The notes under the pieces are model-generated. The model ran no database searches, had not been told where the DNA came from, and worked only from the letters and a program-made list of their open reading frames with translations. Made by a program: the position numbers and the translations under genes. A stretch of 64,000 nt of DNA from an uncultured Planctomycetaceae bacterium. GTDB lineage: Bacteria; Planctomycetota; Planctomycetia; Planctomycetales; Planctomycetaceae. The first letter of the stretch is position 1, and each line of letters begins with the position of its first letter. Shown here in pieces: positions 52,625-63,502 of the stretch. Location: contig CAWFGE010000010.1 of assembly GCA_963815195.1 (NCBI GenBank), positions 384,001 to 448,000 on the forward strand. Direction: 5' to 3'.

Positions 52625-52835
52625 ATGAGTCTTGACGAAGCGCAAGCGACGAGGGCGGATGTCCTCGCTCAGCTTGTCCCGGGCGAAGAAGTATCACGCT
52701 CAACCAGCATCCGGTAACAAAATCGTCCGCCAGCGGCCACCTGCCCCTCAGCGTCCTGAACCGGGGCCGTGCCGGGGAATGATCAGGATCGTGCCCGATG
52801 ACGATGCGCCCACTTAAGAACTTTATGGAGTACAT
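52625..52835 (+). pseudogene. Degenerate Phd/YefM-like antitoxin
   Basis: MSLDEAQA...LAQLVPGEEV/ITLNQHPV../RPEPGPCRGMIRIVPDDDA../NFMEY across frames. Confidence 0.6.
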
Positions 52836-52970
52836 CATTCGCTAACGCTGTGCGAGATCCGCAACCGAGTGCAGCCTTATGCGGACATGGCAGATACTCA
52901 TAGTGGTTTCTGTGAAATAGAGTATGTATAGTATTCTTGAAGGTTTCGTGTCTCTTCTGGAGAAGCCAGG

Positions 52971-55900
52971 ATGCAGGTTCGTTGTCCTTATTGCCAAAGT
53001 TCCATCGAGCTCACGGCCGAAGAATGGGACCACGATATTCAGTGCCCGACGTGCGATAGTTCCTTCAATCTCGTCGCAGATGACACGATTACCTTCCAAG
53101 AGACCGGTCGAACGATCGACCGGTTTCAGCTTTTGGAGTGTCTGGGGACAGGGAGTTTCGGAGCGGTTTGGAAAGCGAGGGACAGTGAGCTCGGCCGCAT
53201 CGTCGCCGTCAAAATCCCCAGAAAGGAACGGCTCTCGGCCGAAGAGTCGCAACAATTCCTCCGCGAAGCGCGGGCGGCGGCTCAACTCAAGCATCCCAAC
53301 ATCGTGGGCATGCACGAAATCGGGAAAGCGGACGACCTCATCTATCTGATCAGCGATTACATCGAGGGATTGACGCTTTCGGATTGGTTGAGCGGACAAC
53401 AATTGACGGTTCGGGAAGCCGCTGAGATCTGCGCCAAGGTCGCAGCCGCGGTGGGGCACGCTCATCAGGCGGGCGTGATCCACCGCGATTTAAAACCGTC
53501 GAACATCATGATCAGTCTCCGACGGCGAGCCCCATATTCTGGATTTCGGCCTGGCCAAACGCGAAATTGGCGAAGTTACGATGACCATCGAGGGGCAAAT
53601 CCTGGGAACGCCGGCCTATATGTCGCCGGAACAGGCTCGGGGTGATGCACATCATGCGGATGCGAGGTCCGATATTTTCTCGATGGGAGTGATTCTTTTT
53701 GAATTGCTCACGGGGGAGCGGCCGTTTCGGGGCAATCAGCGCATGCTGATTCATAACGTGATTCACGAGGAGGCGCCCAGTCCGCGTAAACTCAACGGCG
53801 AGATCGCGCTCGACTTGGAAACGATCTGCTTGAAATGCCTCGAGAAGGACGGCGAGAACCGCTACCAAACCAGTTTGGAACTCGCAGAGGAATTGCAGCG
53901 ATTTCTTCGAGGCGAACCCATCAAAGCCCGCCCCATCAGCAAACTCGCCCGTGCCGGCCGCTGGTGCGTGCGAAATCCCGTGGTCTCCGCCCTCACCGCC
54001 GCAGTGGTCGTGGTCGCCTTGGCGGCGTTTCTGATTGTTTTTTCGCAGTGGCGGATTGCGGAGGATGCCCGGGAGCAACTGGCGGCACAGGCGATCGCGG
54101 AAGCCGCCGCCAAACAGGAGGCCCTGTCGGCTCAATCCACCGCCCAAGAGGCGGAACAGCAAGCCAAACAGGATCGGCAACGGGCTCAGGCGGCCGAAGC
54201 CGATGCCCACAAAGCCACCTTGGACGGTCTGCATCAGGCGGCCGATTCGATCATCTCCAAATTGCAATTACTCAGAAAGACCAACGACATTCCCGGCGCC
54301 CAAAGCGATGCCCTGGAATCCATCCGCCACGCCGCCCAACTGCGAGCGCAAGCGGAGCAAACCGCAGAGAAACTTGCAGCGCGGACGCCGGAGCAACGCG
54401 AAAACGAGCAGATGTTCTGGGCGGATCGCCTGGTCACGCTGCGAACGGAAGCCGGGCATTGGCTGACGGAAACCCGCCTCAGAATCGCAGGGCAATACCA
54501 GTTTCCCATTCTTCCAGATTCCCGCGTCTATAACGTGCCTGTCAAGATCGCCGTCAGCCCGGATCGAAGCCGCATCGCCTGCGTGGACTCGAATCTTAAA
54601 GAAGTTCTCGTGCTGGAGACTCGGGGCGAAGTGATCCACCGACTGCGAATTCCCAAGCCGGAAAAGCCATTGATTTTCACGAGTTCAGCGCTCTCGGGCG
54701 TCGCATTGAGTTTTCGCACGGCTGATGCCCTCGAATTCATCGACTCCCGCCGTAAGTTGCTTTGGAGATTTCCCGATCCCCAGCCCCAGGTCCTGCCGCG
54801 GCCCAGAAGCCCGTCGTCCACTGCCAACCGCCACATTGCCCGGATCAGCGTGGTAAATGCCGAATGGGAGGCTTCTGTCGTCGACCGCCACTTTGGCAAA
54901 TATGCGGTCACGGCTCGCAAAGCCGGATCCCGAGAGGCCGGGCGGACACTTCTGTCGAAGGACGATTCGGAAACCGGCAGCCGATCCCTGCCGCAACTGC
55001 TCTTCGGCAGCCGGTCCTCCGAATTGTACATCTACGAAGCCGACAGGCTGTTTCTCTCCGATCTGAGTTCCGCGGCAACGGTAGGCGCGAATCTGGCGGA
55101 AAAGACGCAATCGCAGGTGAAGATTCATCACGCCCTGCCCACCGACCAGGGGCTGGTCACGCTCGTTTCCGAAACATCGGCATTGCAGGGGCGTTCCTCG
55201 CAAAAGACGTCTCGTTGGAAACTCATCTTTTGGGATAGCACGCTACCGAAAGTCAGCATCCAATCGCTCTCTCAGTCCTCGCCGGTTGAAAGTTTTGCGG
55301 CGACCCCGGATGGGCTTTGCTTCACAGGAAACGCCGATCACGTCGTGCGGAGCTTTCGAGGGAGCCAATTGGCCTGGAGCGCTGGGCTACCTGATCCAAG
55401 TTTGGATCAGAGTTCTCCCTTTCCTTCCACGTACCAGACAAACTCCCCCTATGTGTGGTGGGGGTTTCCCGGCGAATCCGGAGCAGCCTTTGCCGTCCAG
55501 CGAAGGGTTTCCGGCGAGAAGGCAACGGGAGCCGCCGGATCCATTACCGAAATCTATGCTCCTCACGATGGGCGCCTATTGCACACGTTTCCGGCAAAAG
55601 GTCCGGGCCGGTTACTCCAAGTGAGTATTGACCGTCGCTTCGGGGTTTTGGTGAAACACGAAAACGCGGAAACGATGACACTCGAATTGTGGTCGCTTCC
55701 CGAATTGAAACGCTTGATTGACTTGGGAACCTATTCGGCGACGGATGATCGTGTGTTTTCCGCAGATTCGCGATGGTTGTTGATGAAATTCGAAGCTCTC
55801 CAACGAATTGGAAACCTGGAACCTCGAAGAGCTAAAACTGGTCAGCCGGCTCCCTCTCGAAACTCCAGGAAGTTTCCAATTCGATCTCCCGCGGAACCGC

Positions 55901-58900
55901 GTGTTGGTGACGACTGTTTCGAACGAGAAGAAAACGTCGCATTTCAAAATCCTCGAATTGCCCACCGGCACGTTCAAACAACAATTTGACGAGCCGTTCG
56001 ACTCGTCGTCCAGATCCTATCGAAGCGGATGGTCCTTTACTGGGCACGAGCGATTCTTGCTGAAGAGCGTCGAAACAAGTTCCTTCGGCCCAACACGTCT
56101 GTCTCTGTTTGATTTGAAGCGGCTGAAACCCATCGAACTGGGGACGACCGGCTGGCACAACGCGATTGGCTCAGGCTCTAACGAGAGCTATTTGACATTT
56201 CATCCCGACGGCGAACGGGTGGCGATATTCGGCCAAATTGACGATCGGCACAGCGGACCGTTTCATATCGAAATATGGAATCTGGCCAGCGCGCAGCGGT
56301 TGGCGTACTATACGATACAGCATCGAGACTCAATCTTCGCCGCACGGGAATCAAACCGAGGTCACGATGCCGAGAAGGTCTGGATTCGAGTCCGCGATGG
56401 CGTCGATCGCAATTCCGCCGGCGAATTGCATTGTTGGAACTGGAACGATGGCAAGAAAACCTCTCGGCCCGAACTCCCCCCTTCGGACCAATCCGAGAGA
56501 TTTCAGAAAACGGATGGCGGAATCGTCTTTGACCGAACCGCGATCGGCGGGACGGGAACCGTCACGCTGGAAAATACGGCCGATTCCCCTCTGAAATGGT
56601 CCCGCACGGAATACAGCAAGCAGCGGCGTTATCTCCACTTGATGGGCGACGGCATCAACGGCGTTTGGAATTTGACGGATGGCGGGAAAGTGCTCCAATT
56701 TCCGGAGGAACACGAGTTTCTGATGTTTGACACCTCGGAAGCATGGTGCATCTCGGAAACAAAAGACAAACAGCTTGGCATTTGGAATCTCGACTCCGGG
56801 GAACTGGCCCATCAATTCTCTCCGCCCTGGTTCGATTCGTTGACGTCGTCCGGCAGAATCCCGCTGACAACATCGCAATCCTTTCGGATTGATTTGCATC
56901 CCAGCGGATCGATCCTCTCCCTCCGCAACAAATCCCGCTTAGCGCTCTGGAGCGTGGAGCGAAACGCCCCCATTCGAGAAATCGATCGGCCGGGGCATTC
57001 CGCAAAAATCACGGCGGTCGCCGACCATCCTCCTTCGCAACTGGTTGCCACGGGGGATGCCGAGGGCGTCATTATTTTGTGGGACCGCGACAATGGACGG
57101 CAGGTGCGGATCCTGGATGCTCATGATCGCCAAATTGCGCGGTTGGAATTCGCGGCGGGCGGCGATCTTTTCAGTTTGACGACCGGTGGCGAACTGGCGC
57201 AAATTCATGGGGACGGCACGTTCGCCTGGCGGTTGCAAGCCAACTCGGCCAAATTCACCCGTTTCACCGCCTATCCCGCGGGACGCGTCCTGGCGGTCGC
57301 ATCGGACGAAGGGCGTCTCGCGTTTCTGGACGCCCAAAAAGGGAAGTCTCTCGGCCGGATCTCGCGGGAAGCTTCCCCGATCAACGATTTCCGTTTTTCG
57401 CCTGACGGCCGATTGTTGGCGGTGGCCACCGAATCGGGCCACGTTTCCCTTTGGACCCATGCAGCCGAGACGCCTCGGCTAAAATGGAATGTGGGTGCAC
57501 CGGCAAGATGCGTTTGTTTTACGGCCGACGGTTCGCAGTTGCTGGTGGCAACTGACAAGGAAATCCATTTTTACGATCCAGATACCGGCCAGAAGGCATG
57601 GGCGCTGACGCATGCCGGATCGGGCGTGCAAGCACTCCAAGCGGCTTCTTCTGGTGACACGATTTACTTGCTCGACCAAACCGGCGTGTTGCAGGCTTGC
57701 GGGTTGAGGTCCCTCCTGGAAACGTTCGCACACTTCGGTTTGAGCGGACAAGAAACCTCTAAAAAGACAATGACAGCGGTCAACCTTCAATCGCCGGAAA
57801 CCTGGGTGGAATTTGCAAAAGCCCGCGAATTGGAGTTGAAAGCCCGGCGGGCGGAAGAATTGAAGATTGCTCAGTCGCTCGTAGAGGCGGGAAAGTGGGC
57901 GCAGGCTGTAGCCGCCTACAGCCAACTTCTCGCGGATCAGCCCCATCACGCGGAGTCTCTCCGGGGCCGCGGAATCTCGCTGGCTCGGTTGGAGGAATCG
58001 GCCGCGGCCGTGGCCGACCTGTCAAAAGCCATCGAGTTAAAACTCGTGGATCCCGGGCTTTACTTCGAACGGGGCGTGGCGTTCACAAAACTCAACAAAT
58101 GGAAGGAGGCCGCCGCCGATTTCTCGGAAGCCCTCAAAGGCGACCCGGAGAACCTGCCGGTGTTGAAAGAGCGGGCAGCGGCGGCATGATGCCCTCAAAG
58201 ACTTCGGGAAGGCCATCGAGGATTACACTCGGATCCTGGACAAGGAACCCGAGAATCGGCCCTTTCGAGTCAAGCGGGCGGCGGCCCGTTACGCCCTCAA
58301 AGACTTCGGGAAGGCCATCGAGGACCACACCTGGATCCTGGAAAAGGACGCCGAGAATCGTGCGATTCGGAAACAACGGGCTGAGGCTTATTACGCCTTG
58401 GAAGCGTACGAAAAGGCAATCGAGGATCTCAACCTGATCCTGGCAGCCGAACCGGAGAATCTGGCGTCCCTTTTCCGTCGCGGGTATCTCTATCTCAAAT
58501 TGAAAGAGTGGAAAAAGGCTGTTGCGGATTTCAATGCCTACCTCGCCATCCGGGATGACAGCCGCGCGGCCTGGCAGAATCTGGCGGTTGCCCATTCGAA
58601 CCTGAAAATGTATGAATTGGCCGCGAACGATTACACCCGGGCGATTCAAATTGATCCCAAGAACTGGGACCTGTACCGCTCGCGCGAAGGCGCGGGCGAA
58701 CCTCAAAGATTGGATGGCAGCCGCCGCCGACCTGAACAAAGCGGTCGATCTGGCGCGACAGAGAACGCGGTCTTTCTGGAGAGAGGCATCGCCTTTCAAG
58801 GACTCAAGAAATGGAAAGACGCGGCAGAAGACTTTTCCAAGGTTTTAGAAGCGGACCCCAAACACAAGGCCGCGCTCGAGCGGCGTGCGGCCGTCTATTT

Positions 58901-59831
58901 TGCCCTGAAAGAGTATGAGAGATGCATTGCGGACCACACGCAGATCCTCGCTCTGGATCCCCAAAACCTCGCTTCGCTTTTTGGACGAGGCTATCTCTAT
59001 TCGAAAGCGAACGAATGGGAGAAATCGCTTGCCGATCTCAATGCTTACATCGCCATTCGGGATGACAATCGCGCTGCGTGGCAGAACCGGGCCGTCGCGC
59101 ATTCGAAACTCAAGATGTACGAACACGCTGCGGACGATTACACCCGGGCGATCGAACTGGCACCGGACAACTGGGGTAACTACAAGTGGCGCGGGAGCGC
59201 CCGGGCGAAGCTGAAGGACTGGGCATCGGCCGCGGCCGATTTCCAAAAGGCCATCCAACTCGGCCCCCAAGAAGCATTGCGGGACGTTCAAGTGCTCTAT
59301 TACTGGCTGGCCATTTTGAGCTTGAATAATCAAGATCCCGAGCAATTCGCAAAAACGTGTGCTGACCTAATGGAAAGATTCGGCAAGACAGACGACCTCG
59401 AAATCGCGAACAGCGTGGTCTGGACCTGTTCGCTCGCCAGCCACGTCGCCAAGTTGGACGTGGGGACGGCCCGCGCAAGAATTGAAGAGAGCGTCAAGGA
59501 AAAGCCGTCTCACCCGCTCTTGAATACTTTGGGGGCCGCACACTACCGCGCCCAGGACTACCAAGCCGCCATCGAGACCCTGAATCAGGGGATTGAGATC
59601 CAAGGAAAAGGCGGTTCGCCCCTGGATTGGTTATTCCTCGCGATGGCCCATGCGCGACTTGGGGACCAGGAAGACGCGAAGACATGGCTGGAAAAAGCCG
59701 ACGCCTATCTTTCCGGCGAGGCTCCGGTGGAAGAGTTAACGAGGTTTGAGGATTTGGATTGGCCCCAGAAACTCGTCGTGCGGCAGATTCATTCCGAAGC
59801 AAAACAAATCGTCGGAGCCAGGAAGCAATAG
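52971..59831 (+). CDS. Giant Zn-ribbon - Ser/Thr kinase - TM - WD40 - TPR protein, several indels
   Basis: CPYC..CPTC; LGTGSFGAVW, HRDLKPSN, DFG, YMSPEQ; GHSAKITAV WD40s; TPR array; indels near 53520, 55800, 58185, 58690. Confidence 0.88.
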
Positions 59832-59869
59832 TATTCCGGCAATCCGCGCCAGGGGTTCGCGTTTGTCGG

Positions 59870-60035
59870 CGGCGATCCATATTGGTCGTCAACGGCGTGG
59901 ACATTGCGGAAACTGCAAGCGGCCTGCCGCCGAGGGCCCCGCTCCTCGTCAGCGGCTCTGCCAGTTCGACCGGCAGCACGTTGACCTTGGCGGCACTTCA
60001 ATCGATCGTCACTGCTGCGATCAGCCGCGTGGCGA
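59870..60035 (+). pseudogene. Short surface-protein fragment homologous to 33190-33270
   Basis: GSTLTLAALQSIVTAAISR vs GSTLTSAALQTIVSAAITR. Confidence 0.7.
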
Positions 60036-60078
60036 GGAGCGTCGCGGAGAGCGACTTTCCGCGTGTGGTGTCTTCTTG

Positions 60079-60309
60079 TCAGTCGTCTGCATCCAGCGGG
60101 GCGGATTCGCAGGAGGCCATAGCGTCGGCCACGAGGCCCGTCCATTGGCAGGTTTCGCACTCGCAGGGAGAGTCCTCTTCCCAGACGGACGTGAGCGTCA
60201 CGGACTCCGTCAGTTGGTATTCATCCGCGGCATGGAAGAATGCGGTGACATAGCCTTGAAGATGGATTTCGATTCTTAAAAGCTGCCCGTGGCATTGGGG
60301 ACATCGCAT
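60079..60309 (-). CDS. Small Cys-rich putative Zn-binding protein, copy 2
   Basis: MRCPQC...CECETC, 76 aa. Confidence 0.75.
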   Translation of the reverse strand: MRCPQCHGQLLRIEIHLQGYVTAFFHAADEYQLTESVTLTSVWEEDSPCECETCQWTGLVADAMASCESAPLDADD

Positions 60310-60520
60310 GATTGGCGGTTTCTCGAGAAGGTGGCGGTAAAAGGAAATGGGGCGGGCGGTAGGGGCGCCGGTAGGCGGGAATGGCCATGGGGGAACGGCA
60401 GTTTTAGGGGTTTGAGAATGTTCCAGAGAAACCGTTCGTCAAACCACCGGAGCCAGTGTCGAGGAGAGCCGTTATTGTGCGGCCGTTGCAGGGAAGTAAG
60501 CGCCCGGTTTTGACAGGGGG

Positions 60521-62215
60521 TTATTCGCCTTTGCGGCGGCGGCTTCGTTTGGCTTTTTGGCGGGCGCGTTTTCGGCGGGATTCTTCCAGGCGGTAATTCA
60601 GCACGTGTTCGGGATGGGCGGCGGCCCAGCGGTCGGGAAGCAAGGCGTCCAGGTCGCTGGTCTCGGCGGCGAGCTTGACCAAGACATCGGTCATATAGGC
60701 CCAGGGTTCCAGGTGGTGCCGTTTGGCTCCGGCGAGGATCGTAAACAACACCGCGGCCCGAGGGCCCGCCGACTCGTGGCCCAAGAACAGCCAGTTTTTT
60801 CTTCCAATGGCTTGAGCCCGCAAGGTGCGTTCGCTGACGTTGTTGTCGATCGTCCGCCGGCCGTCGTCCACATAAAGGCAGAACGCCGACCATTGGTTTC
60901 GCGCATAAGTCACCGCCTGGCCGAGCTTCGATTTGGGCAGCGCGCGCAGCTTCAACTCGTCCAACGACGCTTTCATCTTGGCCAAGATTGGCAAGGCTTC
61001 TTTCTGACGCAGGGCGTGACGGATCTCAGCGGGCTCCTCGCGGGCGCGGTCCTCGATGTCATACAGTTGCCGAAACCATTCCAGCATCTGCGCACTCTCG
61101 CGCGGGGCCTGGGATTTCGCCTGCTCGAACTTGCGGCGGATGTGCGCTCCGCACGCCACGCGCACGATCGCCCCATTGGATCCCATCACGATCCCGTCAT
61201 AGCCGCCGTAAGCATCCGCATGCATCGCGCCTTGATAGTTCGCCAGGAACTTGGCCGGGCCGTCGCGCTTGCGGCTTTTGGTGAAGTCATACACCGAGTA
61301 GGGATAGAGATCATCGCCGATGTAAGTCCAAAACCGTGACAGCCGACTGCCGCCCTCCGCCTTCGGATCGAGCATTCGCACCGGCGTGTCGTCGGTCCAG
61401 ATCACATCGGATTTCAATACGAGCGCGAGCATCCGCTCGTAAAGCGGCTTGAGTAAATCCGCCGCCGCTTGCGTCCAATCGCAGAGCGTGCTCCGCGAGA
61501 GATAAAGCCCCAGCCGTGTGAAACGATCTTCCAGGCGATAAAGCGGCAGATGATCGCCGAACTTGCTGATAAGGATTTCGCTGATTAACCCCGGCCCGGC
61601 GATCGAGCGCGGCAGGATTCGCTCCGGCGGAGGCGGGCTGACCACGCCCTCCTGACAACACGGACAAGCGTACTTGGGGAGCACATAGACTTCGACTTCC
61701 AAGACCGCCGGGCGATACTGCAGCACCGAGCGTTCGTCTTCGCCGATCTTCGTCTTCTCGCCGCCGCAGGTTTCGCAGTGCTTGTCTTCCTCGGGAACGT
61801 CGAGTTCAATCCGCCGCTGGGGCAAATGCTCAAGCTTGTCTTTTTGCGAGCGGCGTTTCTTTCGCCGGGGCGAAACCGGCGGCTCTTCCTCGGAAACGCC
61901 CTCTTCGTCGAGAACGGGCGAGGCGCTCGGCTCCAGTTCAAACAGATGCCGTTGGCCGTCGGCTTCGCGGTTGCGCTCCGTCCTTCGCCCAAAAGCCCAG
62001 CGGCGAAACTGCTCGAACTCCGCCTTTAAGAGATCATGTTCCTCAAGCAGTTCGTGATAGTTCGCATCGACTTCGTCCAGTACGCGCCGTTGCTCTTCCA
62101 AAGCATGCTGCTTCTCTTGCAAAGCATGCTGCTTTTGCGTGAGCGCCACTTGCTGCTGCCAAATCAGTTCGTGGCAAGCAGCCAAGTCATCTGGAAGTGA
62201 GGAGTCCGAAGTCAT
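60521..62215 (-). CDS. tnpC: IS66 DDE transposase TnpC
   Basis: FGRRTE, CETCG Zn finger, KFGDHLPLYR, TDDTP, ADAYGGY, IDNNVSERTLR..AIGRKNWLF. Confidence 0.95.
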   Translation of the reverse strand: MTSDSSLPDDLAACHELIWQQQVALTQKQHALQEKQHALEEQRRVLDEVDANYHELLEEHDLLKAEFEQFRRWAFGRRTERNREADGQRHLFELEPSASPVLDEEGVSEEEPPVSPRRKKRRSQKDKLEHLPQRRIELDVPEEDKHCETCGGEKTKIGEDERSVLQYRPAVLEVEVYVLPKYACPCCQEGVVSPPPPERILPRSIAGPGLISEILISKFGDHLPLYRLEDRFTRLGLYLSRSTLCDWTQAAADLLKPLYERMLALVLKSDVIWTDDTPVRMLDPKAEGGSRLSRFWTYIGDDLYPYSVYDFTKSRKRDGPAKFLANYQGAMHADAYGGYDGIVMGSNGAIVRVACGAHIRRKFEQAKSQAPRESAQMLEWFRQLYDIEDRAREEPAEIRHALRQKEALPILAKMKASLDELKLRALPKSKLGQAVTYARNQWSAFCLYVDDGRRTIDNNVSERTLRAQAIGRKNWLFLGHESAGPRAAVLFTILAGAKRHHLEPWAYMTDVLVKLAAETSDLDALLPDRWAAAHPEHVLNYRLEESRRKRARQKAKRSRRRKGE

Positions 62216-62322
62216 CCAGCACGACAAGCAAAAAAAGGTGAGGGAATCCTCCGACAGGATCCCTCACCCTTCGCGTTTATTCCCCAAAACAAAAAAGTTT
62301 TTTGAAAATATGTTGAGCGGGT

Positions 62323-62682
62323 TTATCGCTCGCGGGATTCGCTTTTCTGATAGCGTTTGCGACGGCGGGCGCTCGTCATGTCAATCCCCGAAAGCAGCAT
62401 CGAAAGCTCGGCCGCGTCCAACTCCACGTGGTCTTCCCCTTCGCGCGGCACTTGATAAGTCCCTCGCTCCAAGCGCTTGTAAAAAATTGACAGACCGTCA
62501 TGGTCCCACGCCAGGATCTTCACGCGATCGCGGCGGCGGTTGAGAAATACAAACCAGTGCCCGCTCAAGACATCGGCCTCGAACCCGGTTTCGACCAACC
62601 CCGAAAGACCATCAAATCCTTTACGAAGATCAGTGGGCTTTGTGCACAGAAACACGCGGACCAAAGGCGAGAGGTTCAGCAT
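62323..62682 (-). CDS. tnpB: IS66 accessory protein TnpB (Orf2)
   Basis: DLRKGFDGL...FVFLNRRRDRVKILAWD.DG..YKRLERG. Confidence 0.95.
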   Translation of the reverse strand: MLNLSPLVRVFLCTKPTDLRKGFDGLSGLVETGFEADVLSGHWFVFLNRRRDRVKILAWDHDGLSIFYKRLERGTYQVPREGEDHVELDAAELSMLLSGIDMTSARRRKRYQKSESRER

Positions 62683-63044
62683 GCCGAATCCTCCCGGCCG
62701 GTCCGGGCCGCGGCCTGGATCGCCAAGGCCAACACCCGCTCGTCCGCCTCCAAAGGCACATGCACCACGGCCCCGCCCGGCAACACGATCCGCACCTCCG
62801 CAGCCGAGGACGGCGGCGTCACACTCACCGGCACAAACAGTGGTTCATTTCCCGAGAGCGTCGCCGAAGTCCGAGACGGCGACGGCATTCTCCCCAGCCC
62901 CAACCGCCTTTTCCAGGCATGAAAGTTCGAGTAGGAAACCCCCTCGCGTTCACAAAAGGCTTTCGCCGTCAAACCGCTGTCGTGAAACCGCCCCAACCGC
63001 TCCCGCCACACCGCTTCCGTCTGCCGCTGCTGATGAGCCATCAT
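62676..63044 (-). CDS. tnpA: IS66 accessory protein TnpA
   Basis: WRERL...SGLTAKAFCEREGVS...WKRRL...FVPV. Confidence 0.9.
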   Translation of the reverse strand: MMAHQQRQTEAVWRERLGRFHDSGLTAKAFCEREGVSYSNFHAWKRRLGLGRMPSPSRTSATLSGNEPLFVPVSVTPPSSAAEVRIVLPGGAVVHVPLEADERVLALAIQAAARTGREDSAC

Positions 63045-63120
63045 ACGCCTCCGCTGTGAGAAGTTCAGAAATCCCCACAGCGTAAACCACCCGTCAAGAA
63101 TGGTTACGTCGGACGCTTAC

Positions 63121-63502
63121 CTTGGAGTTGAGCATTTGTGTGACGTGGTTTGGCTGTGGTTCGCGGGGAAGCGCCGCTCGGATACACTCCAGTCATCTGC
63201 GAGGCGGCCGCTATAGGGGCTGTGGTTCGCGGGGAAGCGCCGCTCGGATACACTCGGCGTGGCGACACCCACCTGGCTGAATGCGCTGTGGTTCACGGGG
63301 AAGCGCCGCTCGGATACACTGCCTTCGATTTCAAGTCGGCGCTCGCCGGGCTGTGGTTCGCGGGGAAGCGCCGCTCGGATACACTGCCTTCGATTTCAAG
63401 TCGGCGCTCGCCGGGCTGTGGTTCGCGGGGAAGCGCCGCTCGGATACACTACGGAGGATGAGGTCAGCCGCAACGTCGGCGCTGTGGTTCGCGGGGAAGC
63501 GC
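63121..63502 (+). CRISPR. CRISPR array, 36-nt repeat GCTGTGGTTCGCGGGGAAGCGCCGCTCGGATACACT, type II-C-like
   Basis: Full repeats at 63153, 63219, 63285 (1 mismatch), 63350, 63415; 22-nt truncated repeat at 63481; spacers 29-30 nt; probable extra spacer at 63123-63152. Confidence 0.95.

Larger units (their letters stand above)
60496..63120 (-). mobile_element. IS66-family insertion sequence, complete
   Basis: Ends GTAAGCGCCCG (60496) and reverse-complement GTAAGCGTCCG (63120); tnpA-tnpB-tnpC inside; no target-site duplication. Confidence 0.95.

Noticed and set aside
1..59831. Numerous frameshifts read as programmed frameshifting, phase variation or mass pseudogenisation
   Set aside because: Single-base indels, often at short homopolymers, hit otherwise well-conserved genes throughout; most simply explained as long-read consensus errors
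62323..62682. IS66 TnpB beside a CRISPR array as an RNA-guided TnpB/Cas12 or CAST system
   Set aside because: IS66 TnpB is a 119-aa accessory protein unrelated to IS200/IS605 RuvC TnpB; adjacency is explained by insertion
63123..63480. Self-targeting spacers
   Set aside because: No match to the window found by eye; not exhaustively testable without a search
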